From contig JAOTXX010000006.1 of NCBI GenBank assembly GCA_029862185.1, positions 12,486 to 76,485 on the forward strand: a DNA stretch of 64,000 nucleotides, given 5' to 3'. Positions within the stretch are counted from its first letter, which is position 1. Each line of letters opens with the position of its first letter. Source of the DNA: Myxococcales bacterium (GTDB taxonomy: Bacteria > Myxococcota_A > Polyangia > Polyangiales > Houyiibacteriaceae). This document shows, piece by piece, positions 8,927-19,101 of the stretch. A program made the position numbers and the translations under genes. A model generated the notes under the pieces. The model saw only the letters and a program-made list of their open reading frames with translations, was not told the origin of the DNA and did not search any database.

Positions 8927-9859
8927 GTGATGAGCTGGAATTGGGCGTGGCGCGCGGTCGTCGCGGTGTTTTTGGTCTTCCTCTTACATTCGCCTGCACA
9001 TGCGCAGCGCAAGCACACGGTGCAGCAAGGTCAGACGCTGGGCGTGATTGCCAAGCGATATCGGGTCTCGGTGACGAATCTGGCGGCGGCGAATCGGTTG
9101 AAAAAGACGTCGAGCCTGCGGGTCGGCCAGATTCTGCGCATTCCACCCAAAGGCGTGGTTTACGTCTACCCGGGGCAGACGCTCACCGGAATTGCCCAGC
9201 TCAACAAAGTGACCGTCAAGGCGCTGACGCAGGCCAATCGTCTCAAGCCCGATTCCACCCTGCGAGTCGGTCAGCGGCTCGAGCTGCCCGGCTACAGCCA
9301 GAGCGCCAAGGCGAGCAAGGCGCGGAACTCGGTCCTGTCCGGCCTTGTCACACTCGAGCGCCCGGCCAGCCAAGAGACGCTCCGGGTACACCTGTTCGAC
9401 AAGAGCGGGAAACCCGATCCCAAGGCCCGGCAACGACTCGGACGATTTCTTCGCGACCGGGAAACCGATCGAGTGAAGCGTCCGCATCCGCGACTGATGC
9501 GCGCGCTCGCTTATCTTGCCGATCATTTCAACGGCCGGACGATCGTGGTGGTCAGTGCCTACCGCTCGAACAACGGTGACGAGGGGGGTTCGAGCCGGCA
9601 CGCGACAGGCGAAGCAATCGACATCCGTGTAGAAGGCGTGCCGAACGAAGTCCTACGAGACTACTGCTTGACGCTCACCAAGGTCGGGGTCGGCTACTAC
9701 CCGCGCAGCAGCTTCGTTCATGTCGATGTCCGCTCGAAGGCGGTCTACTGGGTCGATTGGTCGCGGCCCGGCGAGCCGCCCTTGTACCTGCCTCCGGGGG
9801 AGTCACCGGAGAAGTACGACGCCGGTGTTTCGGGCGCGGTTTCGCCCGCCAGCCTCTAA
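8927..9859 (+). CDS. Secreted LysM-repeat protein with a C-terminal DUF882/peptidase M15A-like domain
   Basis: Signal peptide ...LLHSPAHAQ. Repeated LysM modules (HTVQQGQTLGVIAKRY, VYVYPGQTLTGIAQLN). The C-terminal segment AYRSNNGDEGGSSRHATGEAIDIRV is YcbK/M15-like. GTG at 8927 or ATG at 8930. Confidence 0.8.
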   Translation: MMSWNWAWRAVVAVFLVFLLHSPAHAQRKHTVQQGQTLGVIAKRYRVSVTNLAAANRLKKTSSLRVGQILRIPPKGVVYVYPGQTLTGIAQLNKVTVKALTQANRLKPDSTLRVGQRLELPGYSQSAKASKARNSVLSGLVTLERPASQETLRVHLFDKSGKPDPKARQRLGRFLRDRETDRVKRPHPRLMRALAYLADHFNGRTIVVVSAYRSNNGDEGGSSRHATGEAIDIRVEGVPNEVLRDYCLTLTKVGVGYYPRSSFVHVDVRSKAVYWVDWSRPGEPPLYLPPGESPEKYDAGVSGAVSPASL

Positions 9860-12210
9860 GGCTGCGAGTCCTCGTCCTTCGCCCCCTTCCCTCGAGGAAG
9901 CACGATTCGGTGCTCCTTGAGCCGGCGGTAGAACGTCCGCCTCGCCATGCCGAGGGCGCGCGCGGCCTTCGCACGGTTCCATCCGTGCGTGTTGAGCGTA
10001 GCCAAAATGCGATCGCGCTCGGCGTCCTTGAAGGACTCGTAGTTGCCGAGGTCTGTGCTCGACGGTCGCGAAACTCGGCCGGGCTCGATCGCGAGCTCTT
10101 CGGCCTCGATGCAGTCCGACGCGGCAAATACAGTGGCGTTGACCAGCAGGTGCTCGAGCTCCCGAACGTTGCCCGGGTAGTCGTGGGCGCAGAGCCGCTG
10201 CAAGGCGTCGCGGCTCAGTCGCTTGGCGGGCTCCCCGCGCTCCTCGGCGATGCGCCGCAGGAAGTGATCGCAAAGCAGCGGGATGTCGGAGCGCCTTTCA
10301 CGCAGGGGCGGCAAGGCCAGCTCGACCACCGCCAATCGGTAGTAAAGGTCCTCGCGAAGCTTGCCTTCGTCGATCAGCTCTCGGAGCGGGCGTTTCGACG
10401 CTGTGACGAGGCGGACATCGATGGGCCTCTCCTCGGCGCCGCCGACCGGACGCACGCGCCGTTCTTGGAGCACCCGGAGCAAATCGAGCTGCATGCGCGC
10501 CGGCATGTCGGCGATCTCGTCCATGAAAAGCGTTCCGCCGTGAGCCTGCGCAAAGACCCCGTCGCGTGCATGTGCCGCTCCGGTGAACGCTCCGGCCACG
10601 TGACCAAAGAGCTCGCTTTCGAGGATGCCTTCGGGGATCGCACCGCAGCTTAGCGACACATACGGACCGTCCGCGCGCGTGCTTCCTCTGTGGATGGCGC
10701 GAGCGACGAGCTCTTTGCCGGTCCCGCTCTCTCCCGCAACGACCACGGGAACTTCGTTGCCGGCGAGCCGATCGAGCAGCTCGTACACCCGTCGCATGCC
10801 GTCGCTGGCACCAACGAGGCCCCAGCGCTCCCCCCCCGAAGTCGACATCTGGAGCGAAGCGATTTCTTTCTGGGTTCGGTGCAGCGCCTCGGTCTGGCCA
10901 TGAAGCCGCTGCTCCAGATGCGCGTTGGCTTCCCGTAGCGCGAGGTTGGCGCGCTCCAGATCATGTCTCTGAGCCTCGATGCGTTCAAAGAGGTGTGACG
11001 TCTCAATCGCAATGGCGGCCTGATCGGCGTAGGCCCGAAGCAGCGTCAGGTCCGTCCCCGAAAACCGTCCACTGGCACTCCTGTGCTCCAAGTACAGGAC
11101 GCCCCAAGTTCGTCCTCGCGACTCGATGGGAAGACAGGCAACCGACTTGAGCATCAGCTGATGGACCGACAGGTAGTCTTGAACGCGGGCGTCGTGCGTC
11201 GCGTCGACGGTCACCACCGGGTCGCCGTCGATGAGAACCGTCTCGGCGATCGAACGGCTGAACGCCGCAGTCTCTTCGCCGAGCTGGTTCTTCGCGCCGC
11301 GGATCGTCTTTGCTTCGAGGGCGCCCCGCGCGTCGACCAGCAATACGAAGCCGCGTTCGGCGCCGCTCAGCGCGACGGCGCCATCGGTAATGACGGAAAG
11401 CAGCTTCGAGAGATCGCGTTCGCTGGCGAGCCGCCGCAGATTGGCAAGCAAAGGCGTAAGCATGTTTTTCGAAGCGGGGCGTGGTTCGGCCTTCTTGTGT
11501 TTGCACTTCGCGCGCATGGATTGCCGCTTCGCATCGCACCAGAAGCCGGCACGAAGGGGCGGTGGCAGCGAAGTCGCCATGTCGTCCCAAAGCTCCACCG
11601 CGCGCAGCGCCGACTTCCGCATTGCCTCGGTTTCGCCTCGAGCTCGATGGTGCTCGCTCAGGTCGGCCCAGGCTTCGGCGCAGATGCCGGCCGCGCCCTG
11701 GGCCTGTGCGCGCTCGATGACCCCGGACATTGCCGTCGCAGGGTCGTTGCCGGGGAGCCGGGCACGCAGCGCGGCAACGGCCAGGGCTTCAATCGGGCCC
11801 TCGTGCTCGATTCGGTCAATGAGCTCGCGAGCCTCTTCCGCACGGCCCAACTCGATGCTCGCGCGTGCTGCCAACAGAAGCGCGCGACTGTTAGCGCGCG
11901 AAGCGCGGGTCGCGTCGAGCGCATGCTCGCGCGCCGGTTCCCAGTCACCTCGTGACACAGCGACGCGGGCGCGAACCATCGAGGCAGAACCGTCTCGGTC
12001 CGCGAGGTCCGCCATCAGCGCCAGGGCCGCATCTTCATTGCCGCAGTACGCCTGGAGCTCCGCCCGCGTGCGCAGCCGGTCGGCCGCGTGCGCGGGCACC
12101 TCTTCCGCCTCCCAAATCAGCCTAAAAGCCTCGCCGAGCTCGCCTCGGTCGGCCTGCTTCCACACGGAGTCAGCTAGCTCATCCAGGCTCACTAAGGCAC
12201 GGTCTGACAC
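9856..12210 (-). CDS. Sigma-54-dependent transcriptional activator (helical-repeat N-terminus, GAF, AAA+, Fis-type HTH)
   Basis: Walker A VVVAGESGTGKE. The ESELFGHVAGAFTGA segment contains the GAFTGA loop. C-terminal HTH NRAKAARALGMARRTFYRRL. GTG start. Its stop overlaps the LysM gene stop by 4 nt (convergent). Confidence 0.9.
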   Translation of the reverse strand: MSDRALVSLDELADSVWKQADRGELGEAFRLIWEAEEVPAHAADRLRTRAELQAYCGNEDAALALMADLADRDGSASMVRARVAVSRGDWEPAREHALDATRASRANSRALLLAARASIELGRAEEARELIDRIEHEGPIEALAVAALRARLPGNDPATAMSGVIERAQAQGAAGICAEAWADLSEHHRARGETEAMRKSALRAVELWDDMATSLPPPLRAGFWCDAKRQSMRAKCKHKKAEPRPASKNMLTPLLANLRRLASERDLSKLLSVITDGAVALSGAERGFVLLVDARGALEAKTIRGAKNQLGEETAAFSRSIAETVLIDGDPVVTVDATHDARVQDYLSVHQLMLKSVACLPIESRGRTWGVLYLEHRSASGRFSGTDLTLLRAYADQAAIAIETSHLFERIEAQRHDLERANLALREANAHLEQRLHGQTEALHRTQKEIASLQMSTSGGERWGLVGASDGMRRVYELLDRLAGNEVPVVVAGESGTGKELVARAIHRGSTRADGPYVSLSCGAIPEGILESELFGHVAGAFTGAAHARDGVFAQAHGGTLFMDEIADMPARMQLDLLRVLQERRVRPVGGAEERPIDVRLVTASKRPLRELIDEGKLREDLYYRLAVVELALPPLRERRSDIPLLCDHFLRRIAEERGEPAKRLSRDALQRLCAHDYPGNVRELEHLLVNATVFAASDCIEAEELAIEPGRVSRPSSTDLGNYESFKDAERDRILATLNTHGWNRAKAARALGMARRTFYRRLKEHRIVLPRGKGAKDEDSQP

Positions 12211-12230
12211 ACCCGCAGTCTAGCGGATTG

Positions 12231-12410
12231 TCACTCGGCGCCCAGGTCGATAATCACCACGCCGCGGTCCGAGTCGTCTTTGCGCTTGCGCTTGGGCGCC
12301 TTGGAGCGCTCCGGCATCGGAACAGGCAGCTGGATCTGAGGATTTTGGCGCTTTGCCTGCTCTTCTTCCTCACGCTGACGGATTTGGTCGATGATGAAGC
12401 CTGGAAGCAT
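12231..12410 (-). CDS. Small ORF (59 aa), below the track cutoff: hydrophobic N-terminus and a highly charged body
   Basis: Hand translation gives MLPGFIIDQIRQREEEEQAKRQNPQIQLPVPMPERSKAPKRKRKDDSDRGVVIIDLGAE. GAGGA lies 5 nt upstream of the ATG. It ends 20 nt upstream of the sigma-54 activator gene on the same strand. Confidence 0.4.
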   Translation of the reverse strand: MLPGFIIDQIRQREEEEQAKRQNPQIQLPVPMPERSKAPKRKRKDDSDRGVVIIDLGAE

Positions 12411-12476
12411 TTGTTCCTCTGCCTTTAACGTAGGTCAATCTACGAGCGACACCAATATAATAACGCCTTCACCCCT

Positions 12477-12492
12477 GACAACGGCTGTGCCA
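12477..12492 (-). promoter_or_regulatory. Weak sigma-54-like element
   Basis: The minus strand reads TGGCAC-agccg-TTGTC. The -24 half is perfect. The -12 half has GT instead of the invariant GC. It lies about 65 nt upstream of the small ORF. Confidence 0.2.
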
Positions 12493-12553
12493 CAACTGGG
12501 TTTCTCGTGTCGTTTTGCTGCCAAAATATCCATGATCTTCGAGACTTGAGGCG

Positions 12554-13396
12554 ATGAAGCGCGAAGGGGGCCCGCCGCCCGATACCAGGGATCTGCTTAG
12601 GAAATACGAGCTGCAGCCGAAACGGTCCTTTTCTCAGAATTTCCTCATCCAGCCTGGCGCCATCGCGCAAATCGCCGATGCCGCGCTGGCGATGGGCGAG
12701 CAGATCGTCGAGCTCGGGCCGGGCCTAGGCGCCCTGACCCACGCCCTTCTCGAGCGCGGCGCCACCGTTCTCGGGGTCGAGCTCGATCGAGACATGGTTC
12801 GCGTCCTCGAGGAAGAGTTCGCGGAGCAGGACCGCCTAGAGGTCCGCTGGGGTGACGCAGCGAACCTCGATCTCGAAGCGTATTCCGAGGCTTGTGGATC
12901 AAAGCTCGTCGTCACGGGGAACCTTCCTTATCAGGCGACCGGGGCGATCATCCGGCAGGTGGGCGCCCATCATGCGGTCCTCGGGGGTGCAATCCTGATG
13001 GTCCAGCGAGAGGTGCGGGATCGACTGATCGCGCCGCCGGGAACGAAAGAATACGGCGCCCTCACGGTGTTCACCCGTGCGGCCTTCGAGGTCGAAACGG
13101 TGTGTCGACTGCGCCCCGGCTCTTTCTACCCGGCGCCGAAGGTCGACAGCGCGGTCGTGCGGTTCCTTCCTCGCGAGGCGCCGTTGGCCGAAGAGACCGA
13201 GTCGTTTCGGACGGTGGTTCGGGCTGCGTTTCAGATGCGGCGGAAAACGCTTCACAACGCCCTGCGCGCCCTCGGCGATGCGAGCCGAGCATCGAACGCA
13301 CTGAGCGAGGCGGGGATCGATCCAGGGCGACGTGGCGAAACGCTCTCGGTCGAGGAGTTTGCGAAGCTGGCCAAGCGCTGGGATGCGGGAGTGTGA
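12554..13396 (+). CDS. rsmA: 16S rRNA (adenine1518/1519-N6)-dimethyltransferase RsmA/KsgA
   Basis: QNFLIQPGAIAQI, VELGPGLGALT and GNLPY are KsgA hallmark motifs. Confidence 0.93.
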   Translation: MKREGGPPPDTRDLLRKYELQPKRSFSQNFLIQPGAIAQIADAALAMGEQIVELGPGLGALTHALLERGATVLGVELDRDMVRVLEEEFAEQDRLEVRWGDAANLDLEAYSEACGSKLVVTGNLPYQATGAIIRQVGAHHAVLGGAILMVQREVRDRLIAPPGTKEYGALTVFTRAAFEVETVCRLRPGSFYPAPKVDSAVVRFLPREAPLAEETESFRTVVRAAFQMRRKTLHNALRALGDASRASNALSEAGIDPGRRGETLSVEEFAKLAKRWDAGV

Positions 13397-13429
13397 CCGG
13401 TGGCGGTGTGGCATGTATCGTGCGCCGGC

Positions 13430-15259
13430 ATGGTGAGAAGCGCGTTGTCGTGCGTGGCGCTGATTCTTTTGGTCAGCTGCGCGCCAAAGAAGGTCGAGAG
13501 CCCCCTCGAAAAGGCCCCGCCGTCCGAGATCTCGCGGGCGCGCGCGTTGGCTTCGAGCGGCGACACCGCAGGTGCTCAGCGCGCCTACGAGGCGTTCATC
13601 ATCGACAATCAGGGTACGACCGAAGCCGATTTGGCGCGGCTCGAGCTGGGCGTGTTGGGCTCCGACATCGGCCGATGCCAGCGCGCGATCCCTCACTTCG
13701 AGCAGGCCGTGCAGAGCGCCGACCAAGCGATTGCCCTTCGCGCGTCGCTTCACTTGGCCTCGTGTCAACTGCAGCTCGGGGATCCAGAACGGGCGCTCGA
13801 GACGGTCGGGCCACTCGCGGGAGAGCGCTTTTCAGCTGAGGAGCAGGCGCTTCTTTGGGACACCGCCGTGATTGCCGCGGAACAGACCACGAGCGCGGCT
13901 CTTGGGTTGAGCATCCTCGATACCCTCATCGAACGGGGCGGCCCCTCCCCCGACCCTCCACGCAGCGATGCTGCCGTCACGGTTCTGGTGGAAAAGCTCA
14001 CCATCGAAGAGGCCACAGCGCTGCTCGGCGAGCTTCGGCCGGGCGCCCTTCCCCAGGTCTTCGTATCGATGCGAATCCTTCGCCACGCCCTCGAGACTCA
14101 GGATCCAGATTTGGTCGCCCTGAGCTCTCAATCCTTGCGTGGGACCGATGCGGCCGCCGATCCCGACCTCGCGATCTTGCTCGCCCGAGCCGACGAGTTT
14201 CTGCACGGCAACCCGTACGTGGTTGGCGCGCTCCTGCCGCTCAGCGGGCGCGGACGCGAAGTGGGCCTTCAGCTCCTGCAGGGTATGCAGCTGGCGGCGC
14301 TCGACGAAGGCGGGCCCGAGCTCGTCGTCGAGGACACCGCAGGCGACGCCGCACAGACCAGTGCAGCGGTCGAGTCGCTCATCACGAACCAGCGCGTGAT
14401 CGCGGTACTCGGCCCGGTCGCAAGCCGTACGACCGACGCCGCCGCTCGATCCGCCGGGCGCGCAGCCGTCCCTCTGCTGAGCTTTTCGGCGTCCGACGAT
14501 GTGACCAACGCCGGCGAGCAGGTGTTTCGCTTCCTCTACAGTCCGCGCGACGAGCTGGCCGCGTTGGTTGGCGCGGCACGCGCCCGTGGGCTCTCGAGGT
14601 TCGTGGTTCTCTACCCCGACCATGGGTATGGCCGCACGATGGAGCGCCTTTTCGATCAAGAGGTCGCCGCCGCGGGCGGAGTCTACTGCGACGGCGTGGC
14701 GTACCCGCCGGGGACCAAGTCCTTCGTCGACTACGTGCGCACGGTGCTCGAAACGAGTTGTGACGCGATTCTCTTCGCCGACGTTGCCGACCAAGTGGCG
14801 CTGATCGCGCCTACGTTCGCGGCCGAAGGTGCGTGGAGCATCGGCGGCGGCGCGCTGCCCGAGCACGCCGAACGAAAGGTTCACTTCCTCCTGCCAAGCC
14901 CGAGTTGGTCGGCCAAGCTCCTCGGCCGTGCACAGCGCTATCTTCAGGGCGCGCTGGTCGCGCTGCCTTTCTACGAGGCGTCCGAGGCCAGCCTGAATCA
15001 GCACTTCCGGACGGCATACGAAACCCGATACGCCAGGGCCCCTCAGATGTTTGCGGCGTATGGCTACGACGCCTACCGCTTGATCTCGGCCACGCTGCGC
15101 CAAGGGAACCAAACGCGAGAGGCGCTCGGCAATGCGCTCCGGAACGGCTCGTCGTTGACGGCGGTGACCTCCATGGATTCGTTTTCCTCGGAGCGCACAC
15201 CGGCAAAGCCGCCGCAGATCTACCGGGTGCGCGGTGGCCTGCTCGAATCGAACGACTGA
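13430..15259 (+). CDS. Lipoprotein with a TPR-like N-terminal region and a periplasmic-binding-protein type I (LivK/LpoA-like) C-terminal domain
   Basis: Lipobox LILLVSC after ATG 13430. A helical repeat region comes first. It is followed by a Leu/Ile/Val-binding-protein-like fold (VIAVLGPVASRTT..., FVVLYPDHGYG). The track start GTG is at 13400. Confidence 0.7.
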   Translation: MVRSALSCVALILLVSCAPKKVESPLEKAPPSEISRARALASSGDTAGAQRAYEAFIIDNQGTTEADLARLELGVLGSDIGRCQRAIPHFEQAVQSADQAIALRASLHLASCQLQLGDPERALETVGPLAGERFSAEEQALLWDTAVIAAEQTTSAALGLSILDTLIERGGPSPDPPRSDAAVTVLVEKLTIEEATALLGELRPGALPQVFVSMRILRHALETQDPDLVALSSQSLRGTDAAADPDLAILLARADEFLHGNPYVVGALLPLSGRGREVGLQLLQGMQLAALDEGGPELVVEDTAGDAAQTSAAVESLITNQRVIAVLGPVASRTTDAAARSAGRAAVPLLSFSASDDVTNAGEQVFRFLYSPRDELAALVGAARARGLSRFVVLYPDHGYGRTMERLFDQEVAAAGGVYCDGVAYPPGTKSFVDYVRTVLETSCDAILFADVADQVALIAPTFAAEGAWSIGGGALPEHAERKVHFLLPSPSWSAKLLGRAQRYLQGALVALPFYEASEASLNQHFRTAYETRYARAPQMFAAYGYDAYRLISATLRQGNQTREALGNALRNGSSLTAVTSMDSFSSERTPAKPPQIYRVRGGLLESND

Positions 15260-15262
15260 CAG

Positions 15263-16330
15263 TCAGGAGCGCAGGAGGAGCCAGGCGCCGAGGAACAGGG
15301 CGCCGGCGAGAATGAAACCAATGGCCAGCTTTGCGCCCCGATGCTTGCGCGTCGGGAGCTCTGGCGGAACGCTGCTCGTGAACGGAGGCGGGGACGGCGG
15401 GCCCATCGCCAGCGGTTTTGGCGCCTCGTCGATCGCGGTTTCGATCATGTTGACGGGCGTGCCCGCCCAGCGTTGAACATCGCGATGGAGTCCGAAGGCC
15501 CCGAGCATGGCTTCGGCGAGCTCCAGGCTACTTCCAAAACGCCCGAGCTTGTCCTTCCGAAGCCCCTTCCTGATGACCTCTTCGAAGGACAAGGGATAGG
15601 CTGGATTCGCAATGCTGACTGGGGGCGGTTCTTCTCCGATGATCTTGGTCAGGATGTCGGGGATGGTGTCCGCGGCGAAAGCGATCTCGCCGGTGGCGAG
15701 CTCATACATGATCGAGGTTTGCGCGAACACGTCGCTTCGAGGGTCCACATCGAGCTTCCCCATCGCTTGCTCCGGCGACATGTAGTACGGCGAACCCAAG
15801 ATGGTACCGAGCACGGTCAGCTTGGGACCGGTCCCTAGTTGAAGCTTGACCGAACCGAAATCGAGAACTCGAATCTCGTCCCCGTTTGGCCCGTCGCAGA
15901 TGAAGACGTTGTCTGGCTTGAGGTCGCGGTGGACCACACCATCGGAGTGCGCGTGTTGAAGCGCCATGGCGAGCTGACAGACGATGCGCACCGCGCGTGC
16001 CGGCCGCATCGCACCCTCCCGCGCAAGAATCAAGCTCAGCTCCTCGCCCTCGAGAAACTCCATCGTCATGAAATCCGCGCCGTCGTCGGTTTCGCCGAAA
16101 TCACGGACGTCGATGATGTACGGATGTCGAAGCGACTCGGCGGTTTCGTACTCCCGCCGAAAGCGCTCCGCAGCGATCGCATCGCGTGCAACGCGGGGAT
16201 GAAGAACCTTGATCGCGACGCGCTCACCCGTCTCGTCATGGTACGCCTCGTAGACTGCCCCCATCGACCCGTCGGCGATGTGCGCACCCACCGTGTATCC
16301 GCCGAATCGCTGGCCTGTCCGCTCCCCCAT
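15263..16330 (-). CDS. Hanks-type Ser/Thr protein kinase, C-terminally membrane-anchored
   Basis: GSMGAVYEA...AIKV, HRDLKPDN and DFG motifs. C-terminal TM helix LAIGFILAGALFLGAWLLL. Confidence 0.9.
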   Translation of the reverse strand: MGERTGQRFGGYTVGAHIADGSMGAVYEAYHDETGERVAIKVLHPRVARDAIAAERFRREYETAESLRHPYIIDVRDFGETDDGADFMTMEFLEGEELSLILAREGAMRPARAVRIVCQLAMALQHAHSDGVVHRDLKPDNVFICDGPNGDEIRVLDFGSVKLQLGTGPKLTVLGTILGSPYYMSPEQAMGKLDVDPRSDVFAQTSIMYELATGEIAFAADTIPDILTKIIGEEPPPVSIANPAYPLSFEEVIRKGLRKDKLGRFGSSLELAEAMLGAFGLHRDVQRWAGTPVNMIETAIDEAPKPLAMGPPSPPPFTSSVPPELPTRKHRGAKLAIGFILAGALFLGAWLLLRS

Positions 16331-16384
16331 CGCGGCCCATGCTAGTCACGGGCTCGCCACGACAGCAACTCCGCGGCAGCGTCG

Positions 16385-17290
16385 TCAGTCCGCGCGCTCA
16401 GGAAGCCCGGTCCTTGATAGAAGGCGCTCGACGCCCTCCTCGTCGTACTGGATCAAACCCTCGGCCGTCAGCGCCTGGACTGTCCTGACGAGCATGGCGG
16501 TGCGCTTACCCTGACTAATTCGGAACCGACTTGCCTCTTCCACGTCGGCCATGCTGAGCTGCTCGGCCGGCATGATTTCGGCGACGACAATCGCGTGCCA
16601 GCCGTACGAGGTCTCGACGAGATTTTTCAAGAGCCCTTCAGATTTAGCGCTGAAGATTGCGTCTTTATAAGGTTTCTCTAGGCCTGCTTCCAGGGTCACC
16701 GGCGGCAGATCCTCGGCCAACACCTCGAGATCGACGCCGTCCGGGGCGCCGCCCGCGTAGCGCGCGAAGACGGTGTGCGGGTCCTGTGCCCGCTGCAGCT
16801 CGCGAAGGATCGAGGCAGCCAGGGCCTCGGCCTCGTCTCCTTTGTCCTTGACGAGGATATGCCAAGTTCGGCGGCGCTCCGGAATCCGGAACTTGTCCTC
16901 GTGAAGCGCGTAGTCCTCGCGAAGCTCCTCTTCCGAGATCGACTCCGGCGTATTCTCTTCTTCCATGTCGTGGAGCATCGAGCGGACCATGAGCCGTTCG
17001 ATCATCCGCTCGCCCTCGCGCTCGACAGTGAATCCAAGCCGCTCGGCTTCTTGCGCGAGAAGCTCTTCGTCGATCAGCCGTTGAAGCGCGTCCTCAGCGT
17101 CGATCGCTTCAGCTCCCGCGAGCGCCTCGACCTCCGCAGCTCCAATCGAACGACCACCGACACGTGCTACGGGGCGCGCAACGTCGCCGGACACCACCTC
17201 GCTGGCGAGCTCATGGTCGGCATCCCTCGCGCATCCGGCGAGCGCCACGGCCCCCATCATGCCGACGGTGATGGTGATGATGATGCGCAC
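16385..17290 (-). CDS. Parvulin-type peptidyl-prolyl isomerase lipoprotein (PpiC/SurA-like)
   Basis: Lipobox GAVALAGC. The PPIase core contains RRTWHILV...SYGWHAIVVAEI. GTG start. Confidence 0.8.
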   Translation of the reverse strand: MRIIITITVGMMGAVALAGCARDADHELASEVVSGDVARPVARVGGRSIGAAEVEALAGAEAIDAEDALQRLIDEELLAQEAERLGFTVEREGERMIERLMVRSMLHDMEEENTPESISEEELREDYALHEDKFRIPERRRTWHILVKDKGDEAEALAASILRELQRAQDPHTVFARYAGGAPDGVDLEVLAEDLPPVTLEAGLEKPYKDAIFSAKSEGLLKNLVETSYGWHAIVVAEIMPAEQLSMADVEEASRFRISQGKRTAMLVRTVQALTAEGLIQYDEEGVERLLSRTGLPERAD

Positions 17291-17312
17291 CCGGCCTCAC
17301 CCTTGACTGGAT

Positions 17313-19004
17313 CTACCCGGCGGTGCCACCACGGCTTCGCAGACGCGCCTGGATGGGCAACGCCTCGCCGCGGAAACGAGTCCAGACCGATTGACCTTCT
17401 TCGCGGGTCCGAAGCTCATCGATTTTCGAGACCGCTGCAGCGCTGCCTTTGTCTGCGACGCGATCGAGCGCCATGAGCGCAGAGAGTCGAACCCCGAGGT
17501 CATCGCTGCCGAGCTGGCCGACCAGGGCGTCGATCGCCTTGCCATTTCCGCTCCCGTATCGCCCGAGCATGTATGCACCCTTGCGGGCCTTGTCGTTGTC
17601 CGCGCTCGCAGCTTTGGAGACCCAGCAGTCGACGCTCGTGTCGCACTCGCTCGCAAGGTCGAGCAGTGACCTGCGCTCTTCAAACTTCTCGCGATAGCCA
17701 CCTGCCTCCGAGCGCGGCTCGATTGCAATGGCCTGAGAGAGCTGAGCGGCCTCAGCCTTGTTCGCGAGGAGCGCGTAGTTTTGAACGGCGATCAGGCGCA
17801 ACTCCGGATTGGCCTTCTTGTCGACCACCTGTTCGAAGATGAACGGCATCAGGTCCGCGTCATAGGTGTGAGCGATCGCTGCAAGCAGCTGCCCACGCAT
17901 GGCGATCCCAGCGTAGCCCTTCGGCAGATCGCCATAGACTTTCTTCAAGGTGGAGCGGACGCGACCCTCGTCCGCGGCCGGCACGTCGATGCGAACCAGG
18001 GCGATGGCGGCGTTCAGCTTGCGAGGCGTGTCCGACGAAGCCGCCTCTCGGAGAAGCGGCTCCAGGGCTTCGGAGAAGCCAAGCGCACCGAGCGCAAAGC
18101 TCGCTTCCCCTCCGGTCACCTGTCTGAGGGTCATCTTGTTGGCCAGGTCGGGCCGGCGGGCTTTGATCGCGTTGATGTATTGCTTTGCAATCGCGTTCGC
18201 TGTCGCATCGGCGCCATCGAGCACCGCGAGCAGTGGCTTCAGCGAAGGGCGTCCGATGAGAATCAAGGCCTCGGCCGCAACGTCATTCATCCGAAGGTCC
18301 GGACGGTTCGGTGCAAAGAGGAAGAGGCACTTGATCAACGAAGGAATCGCGGCGGGGTCCCGGAGCTCGCCGAGCTGCTGGGCAGCCAAACGATTGATCA
18401 AGAAGTTCTGCTTTTCGTCTTGCTTCGTGGCAATCGTCGTCAGGATGTCGGTTGCGCCTCTGTCCTTGAGCGAGCCGAGCGCGCGAATCATCGCGACGCG
18501 CATCTTGTTGTCCTCGGAGCGGGCGTCGGTGATCCGCTCCAAAGAACGAGCCAGGGCTTCGATCACCTTGGGCCGCTCCGCTGGGGGAACGTCCATCCCC
18601 TGTATCGTCTGCGCGGCGCGAATTGCGTGGTCCTCCGAGACCTCGGTGCGCCAGTTCAAGGCTTCGATCAGCGCAGGAATGCTGCGCGGGTCACGCATCT
18701 CGTACAGAAGATCGAGAATCCCGAGGCCGTTGATTCGATCCTCGGGGTAGTCGAGATAGGTCTGCGTCAGCGGCCCGACCGTCACGTCGGCGACAGCCTT
18801 GACGTCCGCGCTGTTTCGATCCCCTGCGTTCGCGGCAAGCGTTTCGGTGTAGATCGCTTCGAGGTTGAAGATGGCGTTCTCTCGCCGAACCGGATCCGAA
18901 AGCTCACCAGCTTGTCCCGCCGGATCGTCCTCGGCTGCATGACAACCCAAACCAAGCACTGCAACGAGAACTGCAGCAGCCCACCCCCTGTGGCGCACAA
19001 TCAT
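17313..19004 (-). CDS. HEAT/armadillo-repeat lipoprotein, function unknown
   Basis: ATG at 19004 is preceded by GGGAGG. Lipobox VAVLGLGC. Recurrent helical repeats of ~35 aa of the form ...R..A...LG.L.D..A...L. The track start GTG is at 19019. Confidence 0.65.
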   Translation of the reverse strand: MIVRHRGWAAAVLVAVLGLGCHAAEDDPAGQAGELSDPVRRENAIFNLEAIYTETLAANAGDRNSADVKAVADVTVGPLTQTYLDYPEDRINGLGILDLLYEMRDPRSIPALIEALNWRTEVSEDHAIRAAQTIQGMDVPPAERPKVIEALARSLERITDARSEDNKMRVAMIRALGSLKDRGATDILTTIATKQDEKQNFLINRLAAQQLGELRDPAAIPSLIKCLFLFAPNRPDLRMNDVAAEALILIGRPSLKPLLAVLDGADATANAIAKQYINAIKARRPDLANKMTLRQVTGGEASFALGALGFSEALEPLLREAASSDTPRKLNAAIALVRIDVPAADEGRVRSTLKKVYGDLPKGYAGIAMRGQLLAAIAHTYDADLMPFIFEQVVDKKANPELRLIAVQNYALLANKAEAAQLSQAIAIEPRSEAGGYREKFEERRSLLDLASECDTSVDCWVSKAASADNDKARKGAYMLGRYGSGNGKAIDALVGQLGSDDLGVRLSALMALDRVADKGSAAAVSKIDELRTREEGQSVWTRFRGEALPIQARLRSRGGTAG

Positions 19005-19101
19005 TCTGAACCTCCCCACGCGGCCCGTTTCCCCATTTGTTACAAAGGTTTACGAGACCAACGAATGATAGCGAGCCCGAATCGACGCTGTCAAACCTTC
19101 T

